In this document: in pieces, positions 20,601 through 29,537 of the stretch
Layout: every line of letters starts with the position of its first letter
Position numbering within the stretch: position 1 is the first letter of the stretch
Assembly (NCBI GenBank): GCA_048882485.1
Contig: JBHLRP010000001.1
Location: 224,001 to 288,000 of the forward strand
Reading direction: 5' to 3'
DNA: 64,000 nucleotides
DNA from: Candidatus Thorarchaeota archaeon
Lineage (GTDB): Archaea; Asgardarchaeota; Thorarchaeia; Thorarchaeales; Thorarchaeaceae
Made by a program: the position numbers and the translations under genes
Notes under the pieces: model-generated
Databases searched by the model: none
What the model saw: only the letters and a program-made list of their open reading frames with translations
Told to the model about the DNA's origin: nothing

Positions 20601-20713
20601 ACACAGGAGGCACAACAGACACAATAGATCTTGTTACTGTTTTAATCATCAGTGGCGGCATTATTGTTGCAGTATTTGCTGTCTGGGTTGTCCTTATCAG
20701 AGGAAAGCGTTGA
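17606..20713 (+). CDS. Surface protein with SBBP beta-propeller repeats, bacterial TSP3-like Ca-binding repeats, Thr linker and TM anchor
   Basis: YSTY(F/I/L)GGS..E and SSDFP SBBP repeats, about 13 DSDNDTLDDAYE...G.NP repeats, C-terminal TM plus RGKR. ATG 17606 is preferred over TTG 17492. Confidence 0.88.
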   Translation: MRASGVSIGLILVIGFLYIANSAQIVEPSSFNALEPISSNNIDQFIKSLDSQLIWQNLGQIGNLETEFYCEFESGFVCFNVGQVEIWTVNDRSPILLDFTRLQQTHPIGVREAIPLSHFFLGDRGTFTGVKSYHAVEYRNSEIGCYIGFILIASGLRLEVTSDASLEELVTVSNPTELDIQFRSSKLNRIDPLISDEDSENFMMLEYELIVDSGDSSPAPITQPETDFTPSQPGVNYTYSTYFGGSSTEYSFDIDVDSDDNVYFCGRTHSSDFPILNGFDSSMGGDRDCFVAKFSPNGDLLYSTYIGGSSYEAGGGSSIAVDNQGNVYLATDTHSSDFPTVNAIDPSYNGDYDVVVCKLNSTGDSLIYSTYLGSSRRDLPESIAVHSDGSAVIVGYTWGSYPTANNGVLDAFGNDPGFVTRLSPNGTEFIFSGLIDANDDVQCQGVAFDDEGYIYVVSRTFATDFPVVNAYDNTSNGRADATVMKLHPNASSIEYSTYIGGSEDEDLAYIDIDGDGNAYVCGRTYSDDFPMVRAFDTTYGWGDIFVVRLNASGESLDFSSYLGGDIINDNEFPYGIVVNDYGYAYVAAMSSAIDFQVVHPIDDTISGDEVIISKIDTNQGRIVYSTYLGGSGNEVEAGGIALDSMENAVVCSSTFSTDFPTVNAYDSSLGGVVDATLTKIPPLGDSDNDTIFDLDEEIYGTNPYDYDSDNDSMDDGFEIQYGLDPLLNDTMDDLDNDTLTNLEEFNLGTNPSSADSDNDTLDDAYEVLNGLNPLSPDSDNDTLDDAYEVSNGLNPLSPDSDNDTLGDAYEVLSGLNPLVNDTMDDLDNDTLTNLEEFNLGTNPSSPDSDNDTFGDAYEVLYGLNPLVNDTMDDLDNDTLTNLEEFNLGTNPSSPDSDNDTLDDAYEVLNGLNPLSSDSDNDTLDDAYEILYGLNPLSSDSDNDTLDDAYEINVLGTNPLSSDSDADGYSDAYEVEHGFDPLDPNNPPATTETPHTTTTDTGGTTDTIDLVTVLIISGGIIVAVFAVWVVLIRGKR
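19658..20553 (+). repeat. Intragenic tandem repeats of 66-bp and 78-bp units (TSP3-like)
   Basis: Near-identical blocks starting ATGGATGATCTGGACAATGA at 19796, 20072 and 20216 (spacings 276 and 144 nt). Confidence 0.85.
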
Positions 20714-20783
20714 AGTGAATATTCTGGAGAGGGCCTTTGATTGAGAGGTCTTGACTACTAACTATGTTCAGTGGTCAAGAACT

Positions 20784-21416
20784 CTAGGATTGAAGACAAG
20801 CACTTCCAGCCTCTTGTCCTAAATCAAAAGCTCTGGAATTTGCATCAACTGTCTTAGGCGGGACAAGTGCAAGCACAGCTTTCCTAACCTCTTCTGCTGG
20901 AATTGGGAAGTCTTCACAAGCTGCCGTGGCTCCGATGAGAACAGAGTTCTCTGTTCGAGCATTCCCTGCCTCTATTGCCAGATCAAGAGAGTCCAGCAGA
21001 ATTACATTCTCTGTGACATGTCGTATCTGCTTTTCAATGTCTTCAACAGTGAGGTATTTTGTCTTCTTCTCCTTGTCAAGAGCCACCTCCTCGGTTTCAG
21101 TAACGGAGGCCATTCTTCGATTACTCATGATGACAACCCCGCCTTCCTTAAGATACTCGATGTAGCGAAGTACTTCGCTGGCCTCCATCGCAATGACCAT
21201 ATCCGCTTTTCCATAGGGTATCAACGGAGAGATTGGCTTGCCTATTCTGAAATGAACATAGATTGATCCCTGTCTTTGAGAGAGGCCATGCTGTTCACCT
21301 GTCTTCACCTCCAGACCTGAATCGACTGCAGCTTTGCCAAGGATTGCGGAAAGAAGCATGAGACCTTGACCACCAACACCTGCGAACATTATGTTAAACG
21401 TATCAGAGTCCCTCAT
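20784..21416 (-). CDS. iorB: Indolepyruvate:ferredoxin oxidoreductase beta subunit
   Basis: GVGGQG, EQHGLSQRQGS, SPLI..G.AD. ATGA overlap with iorA. Confidence 0.93.
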   Translation of the reverse strand: MRDSDTFNIMFAGVGGQGLMLLSAILGKAAVDSGLEVKTGEQHGLSQRQGSIYVHFRIGKPISPLIPYGKADMVIAMEASEVLRYIEYLKEGGVVIMSNRRMASVTETEEVALDKEKKTKYLTVEDIEKQIRHVTENVILLDSLDLAIEAGNARTENSVLIGATAACEDFPIPAEEVRKAVLALVPPKTVDANSRAFDLGQEAGSACLQS

Positions 21417-23329
21417 GTCTTCACCTCCATTTGACGGGGTGCATCAACGGGACAGACCTGCCTACATTCCAGACATCCGTCGCATAAATCCGCTTGAATC
21501 ATCATTTTGTGGTCGCTCTCATCAACTGCTATAGCGGGGCAGTAGAATTCGCGTATACACGCGTAGATTCCTCTGCAGGTTTCTTTGTCATTCTCACCTG
21601 GGATGATCTTCTGACCAGCGCTCTTCTTGAGACGGTCTCCGTAAAGAGCACATTCTCGTCTGGAGATAATCACATTGAATCCATCCGCCTCTATCGCCTT
21701 CTTGATAGATCCAATGCAATCTCGAGTTTCATAAGGATCAATGATGGTGACGCTTTCAGCTCCCAGCGCTTCAAGCATCTTTTCCATGTCGATTTTCTTC
21801 GCTGGCTGGCCTCCAGCATTGTATGGCGAGTTTGGATTGTACTGCTGGCCAGTCATAGCAGTCACTGCATTATCCAGTACAAAGAGCGTCACATTCGAGT
21901 TGTGATGTATGAGATTAACTATGCCAGGCAACGCGGCATGGTACAGTGTAGAGTCTCCGACCATCGCTATCACCTTGTCTTCGAGAGCCAGCTCCATACC
22001 AGCTGAAACTCCCAGAGACGCTCCCATGGCAAGCATAGAATCAGAGAAATCGTTTGGAGGTAGGAAGGCCATGCTATAGCAGCCTATGTCGTTATTGAAG
22101 ACAATCTTATCGCGGATTCTAAGTTGCTGCAATGCTTGTCGAAAAGCCCAGAGTGTTCCACGGTGCGGACATCCGGGACAGAAGATTGGAGGTCTCTCAG
22201 GAAGGACACCCTTCAGTCGATTTGCCTTCTCTAGGACAGCATCATAGTCTATGCTTGGCTTGGTGTTCAACACCTCGGCGAGAACCTTCTCAACAATTGG
22301 CACATTGTATTCCAGCATTTCCGAGAAGTGCCCTGACTTCTTCCCAACAATGTATAGTGAAGGGTTCACATCTTTCGCTATGGCTGTAATCTTGGTTTCT
22401 AGATATGGAGTCAGCTCCTCAACAACAATGAGCGTTTGAAGAGGTTTGATGAATCCTGCTAGCTTCTTCTCAGGCAATGGATAGATAGTACCAAGCTTAA
22501 ACACGGGGAGCTCGAGGCCGAGATTCATCATTGCCTCCTTTGAGTGAAGGTAGCAGACACCGGCAGTAAGTATACCGACTTCTCCTTCTCCTTTGTCAAT
22601 GAAGTTGAAAGGAGTCTTCTCAAAGTCTTCCTTGATTGCCTTAGCCTTATCAAGCAGGTTTGCCTTCAATCGACGAGCGACTGCTCCGACTGTGAAATAC
22701 TGACCCTTAACATCTGCCCATCGGTTCTTCTTGAAGGGGGTTCTGTTTAACTCTCCGAGATTGACCATGCCTCTCTGGTGATTGACTCTTGTTGTTGTCC
22801 TGATGATTACTAGCGATTTGTGTTTCTCTGACACCTCAAAGGCCCACTTGACCATATCATGAGCCTCCTGTGGTGTGGAGGGTTCTATCATCGGCACATA
22901 TGCAGATTCACCGTAATACCTTCCATCTTGCTCGCTCTGAGATGAATGAGCATAAGGATCGTCAGCAATGAGGCAAACGCATCCAGCGTTTACTCCAACA
23001 TATCCGAGGCTGTACATGGAATCACTAGCAACATTCATTCCTACACTTTTCATTGAGGTGAATGCGCGTTGTCCAGCCATTGAGGCCCCCGCAACAGTTT
23101 CCAGAGCCACTTTCTCATTGGCTGCGATATGCATCTTATAATCGCCGAAATGGTCAAGCACCTCGCCAAATGTATCTAGAATCTCACTGACGGGAGAACC
23201 GGGATAAAATGCAACAATCTTTACGTCGGCTTCTAGCGCTCCTCTTACGACGGCTTCATTCGAAAGCATGAGTGCAGGTCCTTTATCTGTCCGCTTCACA
23301 TCCTCAACAGTCATCAATTCTCTCTCCAA
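21413..23329 (-). CDS. iorA: Indolepyruvate:ferredoxin oxidoreductase alpha subunit
   Basis: NEAVVRGA, YPGSP, NEKVALE, SSQSEQD, RPPIFCPGCPHR, DIGCY, TPP motif GDS...LDNAVTAMTGQQ, C-terminal ferredoxin. Confidence 0.95.
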   Translation of the reverse strand: MERELMTVEDVKRTDKGPALMLSNEAVVRGALEADVKIVAFYPGSPVSEILDTFGEVLDHFGDYKMHIAANEKVALETVAGASMAGQRAFTSMKSVGMNVASDSMYSLGYVGVNAGCVCLIADDPYAHSSQSEQDGRYYGESAYVPMIEPSTPQEAHDMVKWAFEVSEKHKSLVIIRTTTRVNHQRGMVNLGELNRTPFKKNRWADVKGQYFTVGAVARRLKANLLDKAKAIKEDFEKTPFNFIDKGEGEVGILTAGVCYLHSKEAMMNLGLELPVFKLGTIYPLPEKKLAGFIKPLQTLIVVEELTPYLETKITAIAKDVNPSLYIVGKKSGHFSEMLEYNVPIVEKVLAEVLNTKPSIDYDAVLEKANRLKGVLPERPPIFCPGCPHRGTLWAFRQALQQLRIRDKIVFNNDIGCYSMAFLPPNDFSDSMLAMGASLGVSAGMELALEDKVIAMVGDSTLYHAALPGIVNLIHHNSNVTLFVLDNAVTAMTGQQYNPNSPYNAGGQPAKKIDMEKMLEALGAESVTIIDPYETRDCIGSIKKAIEADGFNVIISRRECALYGDRLKKSAGQKIIPGENDKETCRGIYACIREFYCPAIAVDESDHKMMIQADLCDGCLECRQVCPVDAPRQMEVKT

Positions 23330-23446
23330 AGCAAACCCGATTGTCGGGTTACAGTTCAGATGTGAATAATCAACATAAGCGTTCGGCTATGGCAATCAAA
23401 TTCAGACCATGTTTGGGAGTTGCTTTTTGTAGCATAATTATGTAGC

Positions 23447-23470
23447 CATTATTGTGTGTACATAATAATG
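23447..23470. promoter_or_regulatory. 24-bp inverted repeat in the iorA/HTH divergent promoter
   Basis: CATTATTGTGT-gt-ACATAATAATG (one mismatch), adjacent to TATAAATA. Confidence 0.45.
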
Positions 23471-23510
23471 TATAAATAGCAAAAGTGCATGAATTGTATC
23501 TTGAATTGCG

Positions 23511-23810
23511 ATGTCATCATCACTGTCTGCGACTCGTGTTGATTTTCCCCAAGCCATTGTTGAAGTGCTTGCCGCGTTGAAGGAGGTTCCCTCGGCCTCG
23601 ATATCAGGTTTGGCAAGAGCAACGGGAATCGACCGTCGTACCGTATCAAAAGCTATAGACCTTATTATGAGTGTTCAAGATTCACTAGCCACCAGAAAGA
23701 TAGACCGAAGGAAGGAGGGTAAAATGTGGGTAGTTACAATGAGAACCAGGACAGTAGAGTTCTTCCAGAATGCAATAGGCAGGCTACGGTCAAGAGGAGA
23801 GAAAGGCTGA
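23511..23810 (+). CDS. Small helix-turn-helix DNA-binding protein
   Basis: ASISGLARATGIDRRTVSKAI HTH. Confidence 0.75.
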   Translation: MSSSLSATRVDFPQAIVEVLAALKEVPSASISGLARATGIDRRTVSKAIDLIMSVQDSLATRKIDRRKEGKMWVVTMRTRTVEFFQNAIGRLRSRGEKG

Positions 23811-24382
23811 ACCTATCCTTTCCCAATTTTGACCATGTTGTGAATCGGGCTACCGTTAGAGCCCGATATCTGCGATTTTTGACGATATTCACAATTCTTG
23901 CCGCTATCTCAACATATTGGATGTATCAATATGTTGGCTGGAGTGCACTAGCACAGCTTGCAGGAATAGTTCTCGTCGCAGCGATAGGCGAAAGCTATGT
24001 GTCATCACAAGGATACTATGAATACCCCAAGAATGACAGTAATGGTCCCTTCATAAGGAATGTCCCAATTTGGATCCCATTTCTCTGGATTTTCTCAATT
24101 CAGGCTGCTTTTCTTACTGGATTGATATTTGGCTTATCCGGCTTAGAAGCATGTCTGTTGTCTGGATTACTAGCTGTCGTATTTGATCTTCTTTTCCTTG
24201 AACCATACTTTAGCCGCCAGAAAGAGCTCTGGATATGGTATTCTGTTGACAATGGCTATTTCAGGTTCATTCCTTCACAATTGGATAGGTTTACAGCCCC
24301 ACCCGGCAACTATGTCGTTTGGCTGATATTTCCCATTTTGATGAATTATGGGACAATCCTCTTGTCAATGATTCTGCTGTAA
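23726..24382 (+). CDS. CruF/DUF422-like (carotenoid biosynthesis family) membrane protein
   Basis: GE......GYYEY, VPIWIPFLW, FDLLFLEP, W.W and P.GNY..W motifs in about six TM helices. The true start is probably near 23807-23840. Confidence 0.65.
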   Translation: MGSYNENQDSRVLPECNRQATVKRRERLNLSFPNFDHVVNRATVRARYLRFLTIFTILAAISTYWMYQYVGWSALAQLAGIVLVAAIGESYVSSQGYYEYPKNDSNGPFIRNVPIWIPFLWIFSIQAAFLTGLIFGLSGLEACLLSGLLAVVFDLLFLEPYFSRQKELWIWYSVDNGYFRFIPSQLDRFTAPPGNYVVWLIFPILMNYGTILLSMILL

Positions 24383-25380
24383 TTTTTCCCTATATCAGGG
24401 CAATAGGTCAAGCTTCAAATCCGTCCAAAGGCTCTTTCATCCAGGTGCACTCTTTGGCGACGATTCGCGACCTTGAACAATCAGATATGGAGCAGGTCAT
24501 GACAATCTGCTCAACAACTTGGGGCGGCAATGACTACATACCTGAAGTCTTACCAAATTGGATCGATAGTCCGGATTACATCGCTAGAGGTCTCTTTGAA
24601 GCCGATGAACTCATGTCAGTATGCACTCTCCAAGTAGTGCCATCATCCAAAACTGGGTATATTTCTGGTCTGAGAACCAAGGAGGAACATCGTCGGAAGG
24701 GACATGGCAAAGAGATCACCGAGGATTTGATAGCAACAGCACAGGAGATTGGTGTGAAACATCTTCTATACCTGACGATGAACTTCAACGAACCATCCAA
24801 GAAGCTCGCGGAGCAGCTTGGATTCTCCCTAAGAGACCAGTATGGTTCCTTTCATCTTTACACGCCATTTCCTTCTCATCCAACTCCAAGCCCTGATTTA
24901 ATTCCAATAAATGCAAGTCCTGAACGAGTCACTGAGGTTACTAGATCGTTTGCCTCTCTTGTCCCAAATCATTACATCCCATTTGATTTTCATTTCTATG
25001 GGAAGTCGCTCGATAATTTCAGGCATATATCAGCTAGCTCAGATTTTCATCTTGTGACGGACGAGAATGGGCATCCAGGTGGCCTATATTATAGCGCTCC
25101 GTTGCGGGATGACCGAGGAGAACGCGCCACCTCCTACATCGTCTATACAACGAATCAAAGCATATTTGTCGATATGATGGCCAGGATATTGGATGAGATA
25201 CCAGAAAGGGGAGCTACCCGAGTAACCTTCCTTATGGGCCCTAATGCAACTGAATGGGTGACGGGATTGAGGTACACAGACTCTGAGATGGGCGCCTGGC
25301 CTGGCGTTTACTCGGAACGTCGTCTCCTTCTTTACGAGCTCGAGCTTTGGAAGAGAGGAATTAATACGTGTGCGGACTGA
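24319..25380 (+). CDS. GNAT-family N-acetyltransferase
   Basis: IRDLEQSD, WGGNDYIP, GLRTKEEHRRKGHG (motif A), NEPSKKLAEQLGF. The true start is probably near 24445. Confidence 0.85.
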   Translation: MADISHFDELWDNPLVNDSAVIFPYIRAIGQASNPSKGSFIQVHSLATIRDLEQSDMEQVMTICSTTWGGNDYIPEVLPNWIDSPDYIARGLFEADELMSVCTLQVVPSSKTGYISGLRTKEEHRRKGHGKEITEDLIATAQEIGVKHLLYLTMNFNEPSKKLAEQLGFSLRDQYGSFHLYTPFPSHPTPSPDLIPINASPERVTEVTRSFASLVPNHYIPFDFHFYGKSLDNFRHISASSDFHLVTDENGHPGGLYYSAPLRDDRGERATSYIVYTTNQSIFVDMMARILDEIPERGATRVTFLMGPNATEWVTGLRYTDSEMGAWPGVYSERRLLLYELELWKRGINTCAD

Positions 25381-25389
25381 ATAATTTTC

Positions 25390-25554
25390 ATGACAAGGCG
25401 ACTATCTGTGAAGATTCCAAAGGATTACAAGATTCAGTTTGAGCGAAAAAACAAAGAATACGACCTGGGCTATGCTTCCTTTCCCGAATTTATAAGGGAT
25501 TGTATGCGAAGACGCTTCAATGAATTGGATGCGGCTCATAAAAGAAATGATTAG
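25390..25554 (+). CDS. Ribbon-helix-helix (CopG/MetJ-like) protein, 54 aa, not in the ORF track
   Basis: Translated by hand: MTRRLSVKIPKDYKIQFERKNKEYDLGYASFPEFIRDCMRRRFNELDAAHKRND. Beta-strand SVKIP plus a GY.S..EFIRD..RR helix, typical of archaeal RHH proteins. Confidence 0.8.
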   Translation: MTRRLSVKIPKDYKIQFERKNKEYDLGYASFPEFIRDCMRRRFNELDAAHKRND

Positions 25555-25666
25555 TCAATTTCCTGTTCATTTTATGGCTCATAGCTTTTGATAAACGGAA
25601 CAAGTTTCATATGCGGTTTTCATTTTCTGCCGACTAGACGCGAACTAAAAGGAGCTCCAAAGATCA

Positions 25667-25966
25667 TTGGGGGCCTTCAATGCCTATATTGGGAGTGGTG
25701 ACTTGGAAATTGTGTTCAAATGCCCTGAATGCAGTGGGGAAACCAATATTGAGATATCTGAGAAAGAGGCTGCAAAAATTAGACGAGTTATACTGAGCGA
25801 AGGACGGGCCCCTCTGTTTATTGTTCGTTGTGAGAATGAGCATGAGCTTGTCGTCACCTTTTACAATCTTAGGACCGGTGAAGGCATAGGAGTGCGGGAT
25901 GTTGTCATTGCTTATCGTATAGCAGAAAAGAGTCCCTCCAAAAAGAAAGCACGAAAAAGGAAATGA
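25667..25966 (+). CDS. Small Zn-binding protein (CPEC...CxxxH) with basic tail
   Basis: FKCPEC and RCENEH ligands. AGGAG RBS upstream of the TTG start. Confidence 0.7.
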   Translation: MGAFNAYIGSGDLEIVFKCPECSGETNIEISEKEAAKIRRVILSEGRAPLFIVRCENEHELVVTFYNLRTGEGIGVRDVVIAYRIAEKSPSKKKARKRK

Positions 25967-26099
25967 GTTCTGATGATATATCCCCAATATGCTTGGAGAT
26001 TATGGATTCATCCACCTAATCCTTTAATTAACTTACACCGCGAATTACCCGCGGACGAATATCAGACCAGTGACATGGACACCTAGGGATGGGATTGGC

Positions 26100-26642
26100 A
26101 TGCCAATAGTGAAAGCGGTGATTCTGGGGGACTCTGAATGCGGCAAAACGTCCTTTACGTCACGCTGGACTAATGGCACTTTTCCTAATCCTGAAACCCT
26201 GCAAACGACGATTGGTGCCAGTTTCGCCACCAAAAGGGTTGAAGATTCTAACGGGGACAGCACCGTGCTTTCTCTATGGGATTTCGGCGGACAAATGAGA
26301 TTCATTGAGCATTTGAAGACCATGATAAAGGGATGTACAATCGGGCTCCTCTTCTTTGACGTAACCCTTTTGCAGAGCTTGGACAATCTAATCACTTACT
26401 GGGTGCCAATGATAGAGGAGAACGCTGGATTTGACTTCAACAAGAATGATGGCTCCAGATTTATTCTAGTGGGCAACAAGATTGACCTCTTGGATGGTAC
26501 ATTTGACAATATCCACAGAGAGATGATACAGTTCGCAGAAGATACTGGTACTGGATTGCAGCTGATTTCGGCAAAGACCGGAATTGGTATTGAGCAGCTA
26601 GACTTCAAGATTAGAGAGTTGGTCCAGAAGTATAGCCACTAG
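26100..26642 (+). CDS. Rab-like small GTPase (Ras superfamily)
   Basis: G1 GDSECGKT, G2 TIGASF, G3 WDFGGQ, G4 NKID, G5 SAK. No C-terminal prenylation Cys. Confidence 0.93.
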   Translation: MPIVKAVILGDSECGKTSFTSRWTNGTFPNPETLQTTIGASFATKRVEDSNGDSTVLSLWDFGGQMRFIEHLKTMIKGCTIGLLFFDVTLLQSLDNLITYWVPMIEENAGFDFNKNDGSRFILVGNKIDLLDGTFDNIHREMIQFAEDTGTGLQLISAKTGIGIEQLDFKIRELVQKYSH

Positions 26643-26655
26643 CTGTTTCTGATCC

Positions 26656-27138
26656 TCAACCGCCGGGACTACCGTGCCAAGGTGAGTCTTTCCAAAGAAT
26701 GTCCCATATGTCGTTCTCTGTCAATGTTTCAGGCTCAACCACAGCCTTGTGGAGTTCCTTCAAGAGTGCGTGATGTCGCACTTCGTCTTCACGAATCATC
26801 AATGCTATTGTCTTGACCTGTTCACTGTCATTCTTGTCAGCTAGTTCTTGATAGGTTTCGATTGCTTTTGCTTCGATCTCAATATGTTTTGCTATGCCCC
26901 TAGCAATCTTGTCCCGTTCTTTCTCACTGATAAAGGGAGTTGGGCCCTCCACAGCTTTTCTCAGAGCTTTCAACAACGTGGCGTGCTTCTTTGAGTCCAT
27001 AGAAACTCCTAGAAGCAGCTCCTTGATGAAGACATTACCCAGCTGAGAAACATTCTCTTCCACTATCTTGATAATATTGTATTCCATCTCAATCTGCTTG
27101 TCGATAAAGTCTAGCGTTTCTTCCTTATTCACTCTCAT
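26656..27138 (-). CDS. Ferritin-like diiron-domain protein
   Basis: QIEME...DSKKH and HIEIE...DEVRHH motifs. C-terminal WKDSPWHGSPGG. Confidence 0.8.
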   Translation of the reverse strand: MRVNKEETLDFIDKQIEMEYNIIKIVEENVSQLGNVFIKELLLGVSMDSKKHATLLKALRKAVEGPTPFISEKERDKIARGIAKHIEIEAKAIETYQELADKNDSEQVKTIALMIREDEVRHHALLKELHKAVVEPETLTENDIWDILWKDSPWHGSPGG

Positions 27139-27302
27139 ACCACTCCTTGTTGAAGATTGACCTGTTTGGAGCATTTGTCACTTAAGACTCTTCACACATG
27201 ACTGTCGCTAACAACCTCTTCACAACTTATATCAGCATTGCCGCACCACCCGAGAATTGAACTAGGAATTCCAAAGACTTGATGCGAGGAGGTACGTCAA
27301 GG

Positions 27303-27545
27303 ATGGCGAAGGTGACGATTTACACAGCACCAGATTGTCCTCATTCGAAGAAGCTAAAACAGTTCCTCTCGGAGGCAGGAACTGAAATTGAGGAGAAATG
27401 TATTCTTACAAATCCAGAAATCCTAGCTGAACTAATTGAAGTCAGTGCCCAGAGAGCCATTCCAACAGCGGTTCTTGGAGAAGACGTGTATGTGGGCTTC
27501 GACAGACGAACCGAGCGCAGATTAAGGCGCAAATTGGAGGGATAA
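27303..27545 (+). CDS. Glutaredoxin/NrdH-like protein (CPHS)
   Basis: VTIYTAPDCPHS...AIPT...VGFD. GGAGGT RBS upstream. Confidence 0.85.
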   Translation: MAKVTIYTAPDCPHSKKLKQFLSEAGTEIEEKCILTNPEILAELIEVSAQRAIPTAVLGEDVYVGFDRRTERRLRRKLEG

Positions 27546-27549
27546 CGAG

Positions 27550-28479
27550 ATGTACGACCTAGTTGTAATTGGATCGGGAGTAACAGGATATGGCACGGCT
27601 ATGTATGCAGCTCGTCTTGATCTCTCTGTTGCGGTCATAGGCGATGTAGATGGTGGTACAATCACTTTGACCGATGATGTTGCCAATTATCCTGGTTTCA
27701 TCCAACTCACTGGCAAGGAACTTGCAGACAATCTCAAGGCTCATGCCTTGGATTATCCAGTGGCAATCGAAAATGGCAAGGTCGAAGACATCTTCAGGGA
27801 TGACCAGGACTTCTTCTATGTTATTACATCCAACAAGACATTTCTAGCCAAGTCTGTTGTTTTTGCCACAGGCATGAAAGAGCGCGAGTTGGAGGTTCCA
27901 GGGCATGATGAATTGCGAAATAAAGGAGTTTCGTACTGCGCCTTATGCGACGCTCCTCTATTCAAGGACAAGACTGTAGCCGTTGTGGGTGGAAGTGACA
28001 GTTCTGCAAAGGAAGCATTGCTCCTAGCAAAGTACTGCCCAAGGGTCTACATCATCTATCGGAGAGAGAAGATAAGACCCGAGCCTATTAACGCCAGAAG
28101 AATAGAGAATGAGCCAAAGATAGAGGTTATCACGGAAACCAATGTAACTGAGATTCTTGGAGACTCTAGAGTCACAGGTGTGAAGCTTGACAAACCTTTC
28201 AATGGATCTGACACTCTACCTCTTGATGCATTATTCATCGCAATTGGCGGTATCCCATTCTCAGATCTCGCTAGGAAACTTGGTGTTGAAACGAATGAGA
28301 AGGGAGAGATAATCATCGACCGCTCAAGCCGCACAAACATTGAGGGTGTTTTTGCCGCTGGAGACGTTGTTGATACTGAGTTCAAGCAAGCGATCACTGG
28401 AGTTGCAGAGGGAGTTCATGCTGCATATCAGGCATACAAGTATGTTAACGAGAAGGATTTCGCCTTCCATTGTGATTAA
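27550..28479 (+). CDS. trxB: Thioredoxin reductase
   Basis: GSGVTG, NYPGF, ATG, GVSYCALCDAPLF, GGSDS, YRR, TNIEGVFAAGD, KQAITGVAEG. Confidence 0.92.
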   Translation: MYDLVVIGSGVTGYGTAMYAARLDLSVAVIGDVDGGTITLTDDVANYPGFIQLTGKELADNLKAHALDYPVAIENGKVEDIFRDDQDFFYVITSNKTFLAKSVVFATGMKERELEVPGHDELRNKGVSYCALCDAPLFKDKTVAVVGGSDSSAKEALLLAKYCPRVYIIYRREKIRPEPINARRIENEPKIEVITETNVTEILGDSRVTGVKLDKPFNGSDTLPLDALFIAIGGIPFSDLARKLGVETNEKGEIIIDRSSRTNIEGVFAAGDVVDTEFKQAITGVAEGVHAAYQAYKYVNEKDFAFHCD

Positions 28480-28494
28480 AACGGCTACAGGTGT

Positions 28495-28776
28495 CTAATT
28501 TCCAAGTGCAATTCGCCATGGATATAGCTCTGCGTGGAATATCCCTGCCTTAACAGCTGGGTCCCCCCTCATAATCTCAATCGCTCGTTCCTTTGTTTCG
28601 ACCTGAATGATTGAGAGGCCGATTAAGACCTCACTGAATCTCCCTGCCATTATCAGGTCTCCTTTCTTTTGCAGCTCTTGCAGGTAGCTGAAATGTTCAC
28701 CAACTATTTCTTCAGTGCCGTCTTCTCCATATGCAGGTGCAGGTCGCAGCATAATAACATAGGATTGCTTTTCCAC
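28495..28776 (-). CDS. YciI-family protein
   Basis: EHFSYL...G.L..AG and DPAVKAGIF..ELYPW. Confidence 0.85.
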   Translation of the reverse strand: MEKQSYVIMLRPAPAYGEDGTEEIVGEHFSYLQELQKKGDLIMAGRFSEVLIGLSIIQVETKERAIEIMRGDPAVKAGIFHAELYPWRIALGN

Positions 28777-28810
28777 AATTCTCTCCTCCTCTCATGAAAC
28801 AATGATTTCT

Positions 28811-29458
28811 CTATTCACCAATGGCTTCATACAGCTTCTCAATGAACATAACTGGTGGAGTTAGTCCCTCGACTGATACATCTTCATTGAAAATCGTCTT
28901 CGGGACGCCGAAGACCTCGTACTTCTGTGCTAGCTCCTGGAATTCAAGTGATTCAATCATGTCTGACTCTATTAGTGGATTGATAATTGCCGCCTGATTT
29001 GCGAGACGTACCATTCCTGGACAATAGGGACATTGGGGTGTGGTGAAGACCTGAATGTGGATTGGCTTGTCGATTGCATTGATGTCTTCAACAATGTCTG
29101 GAGGTAGCTGGGTGGCTCCCATAGAAACATCAACAATGGAACCTATTAAAGCACCAAATTCGTGACCTGCAGCTATGCCATAGAACTTGATTTTGTAAGG
29201 ATCTTTGCCATGAAGAACAGTGGCTGGAACATGTTCAACACCGAACTCCGCTGCCTTTCCTTCTCCTAGCGAGCCTTCGTGAATCTCAAGAGTGATCTTG
29301 TCAGATAATTCTGCTATCTGCTCCGCCATGCTCTTTACATCATTGCAGTACAGGCACTTCTCCTGCTCAATGAAGACATGCATAGTTACATCATTAACCA
29401 TAGGCTCGAAAAGCTCTCGTACTTGCGCCTGAGTATCTTCATCAATTTCAACAACCAT
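28811..29458 (-). CDS. Protein disulfide oxidoreductase (archaeal PDO, AhpF-N-like, two Trx folds)
   Basis: CLYC and CPYC active sites, YGIAAGHEF, VFGVPKT. Confidence 0.92.
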   Translation of the reverse strand: MVVEIDEDTQAQVRELFEPMVNDVTMHVFIEQEKCLYCNDVKSMAEQIAELSDKITLEIHEGSLGEGKAAEFGVEHVPATVLHGKDPYKIKFYGIAAGHEFGALIGSIVDVSMGATQLPPDIVEDINAIDKPIHIQVFTTPQCPYCPGMVRLANQAAIINPLIESDMIESLEFQELAQKYEVFGVPKTIFNEDVSVEGLTPPVMFIEKLYEAIGE

Positions 29459-29537
29459 TATGAACAGGCCTCTGTGGAAATCTGGTTGCATTTCTTGAAT
29501 ATAATCGCTTTGTTCCAGCAGAAACAGGAATGCCCAA

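Noticed and set aside
23334-23350. Hairpin AACCCGA-ttg-TCGGGTT just upstream of the iorA start
   Set aside because: A single 7-bp stem is too weak to call a regulatory element without comparative data.
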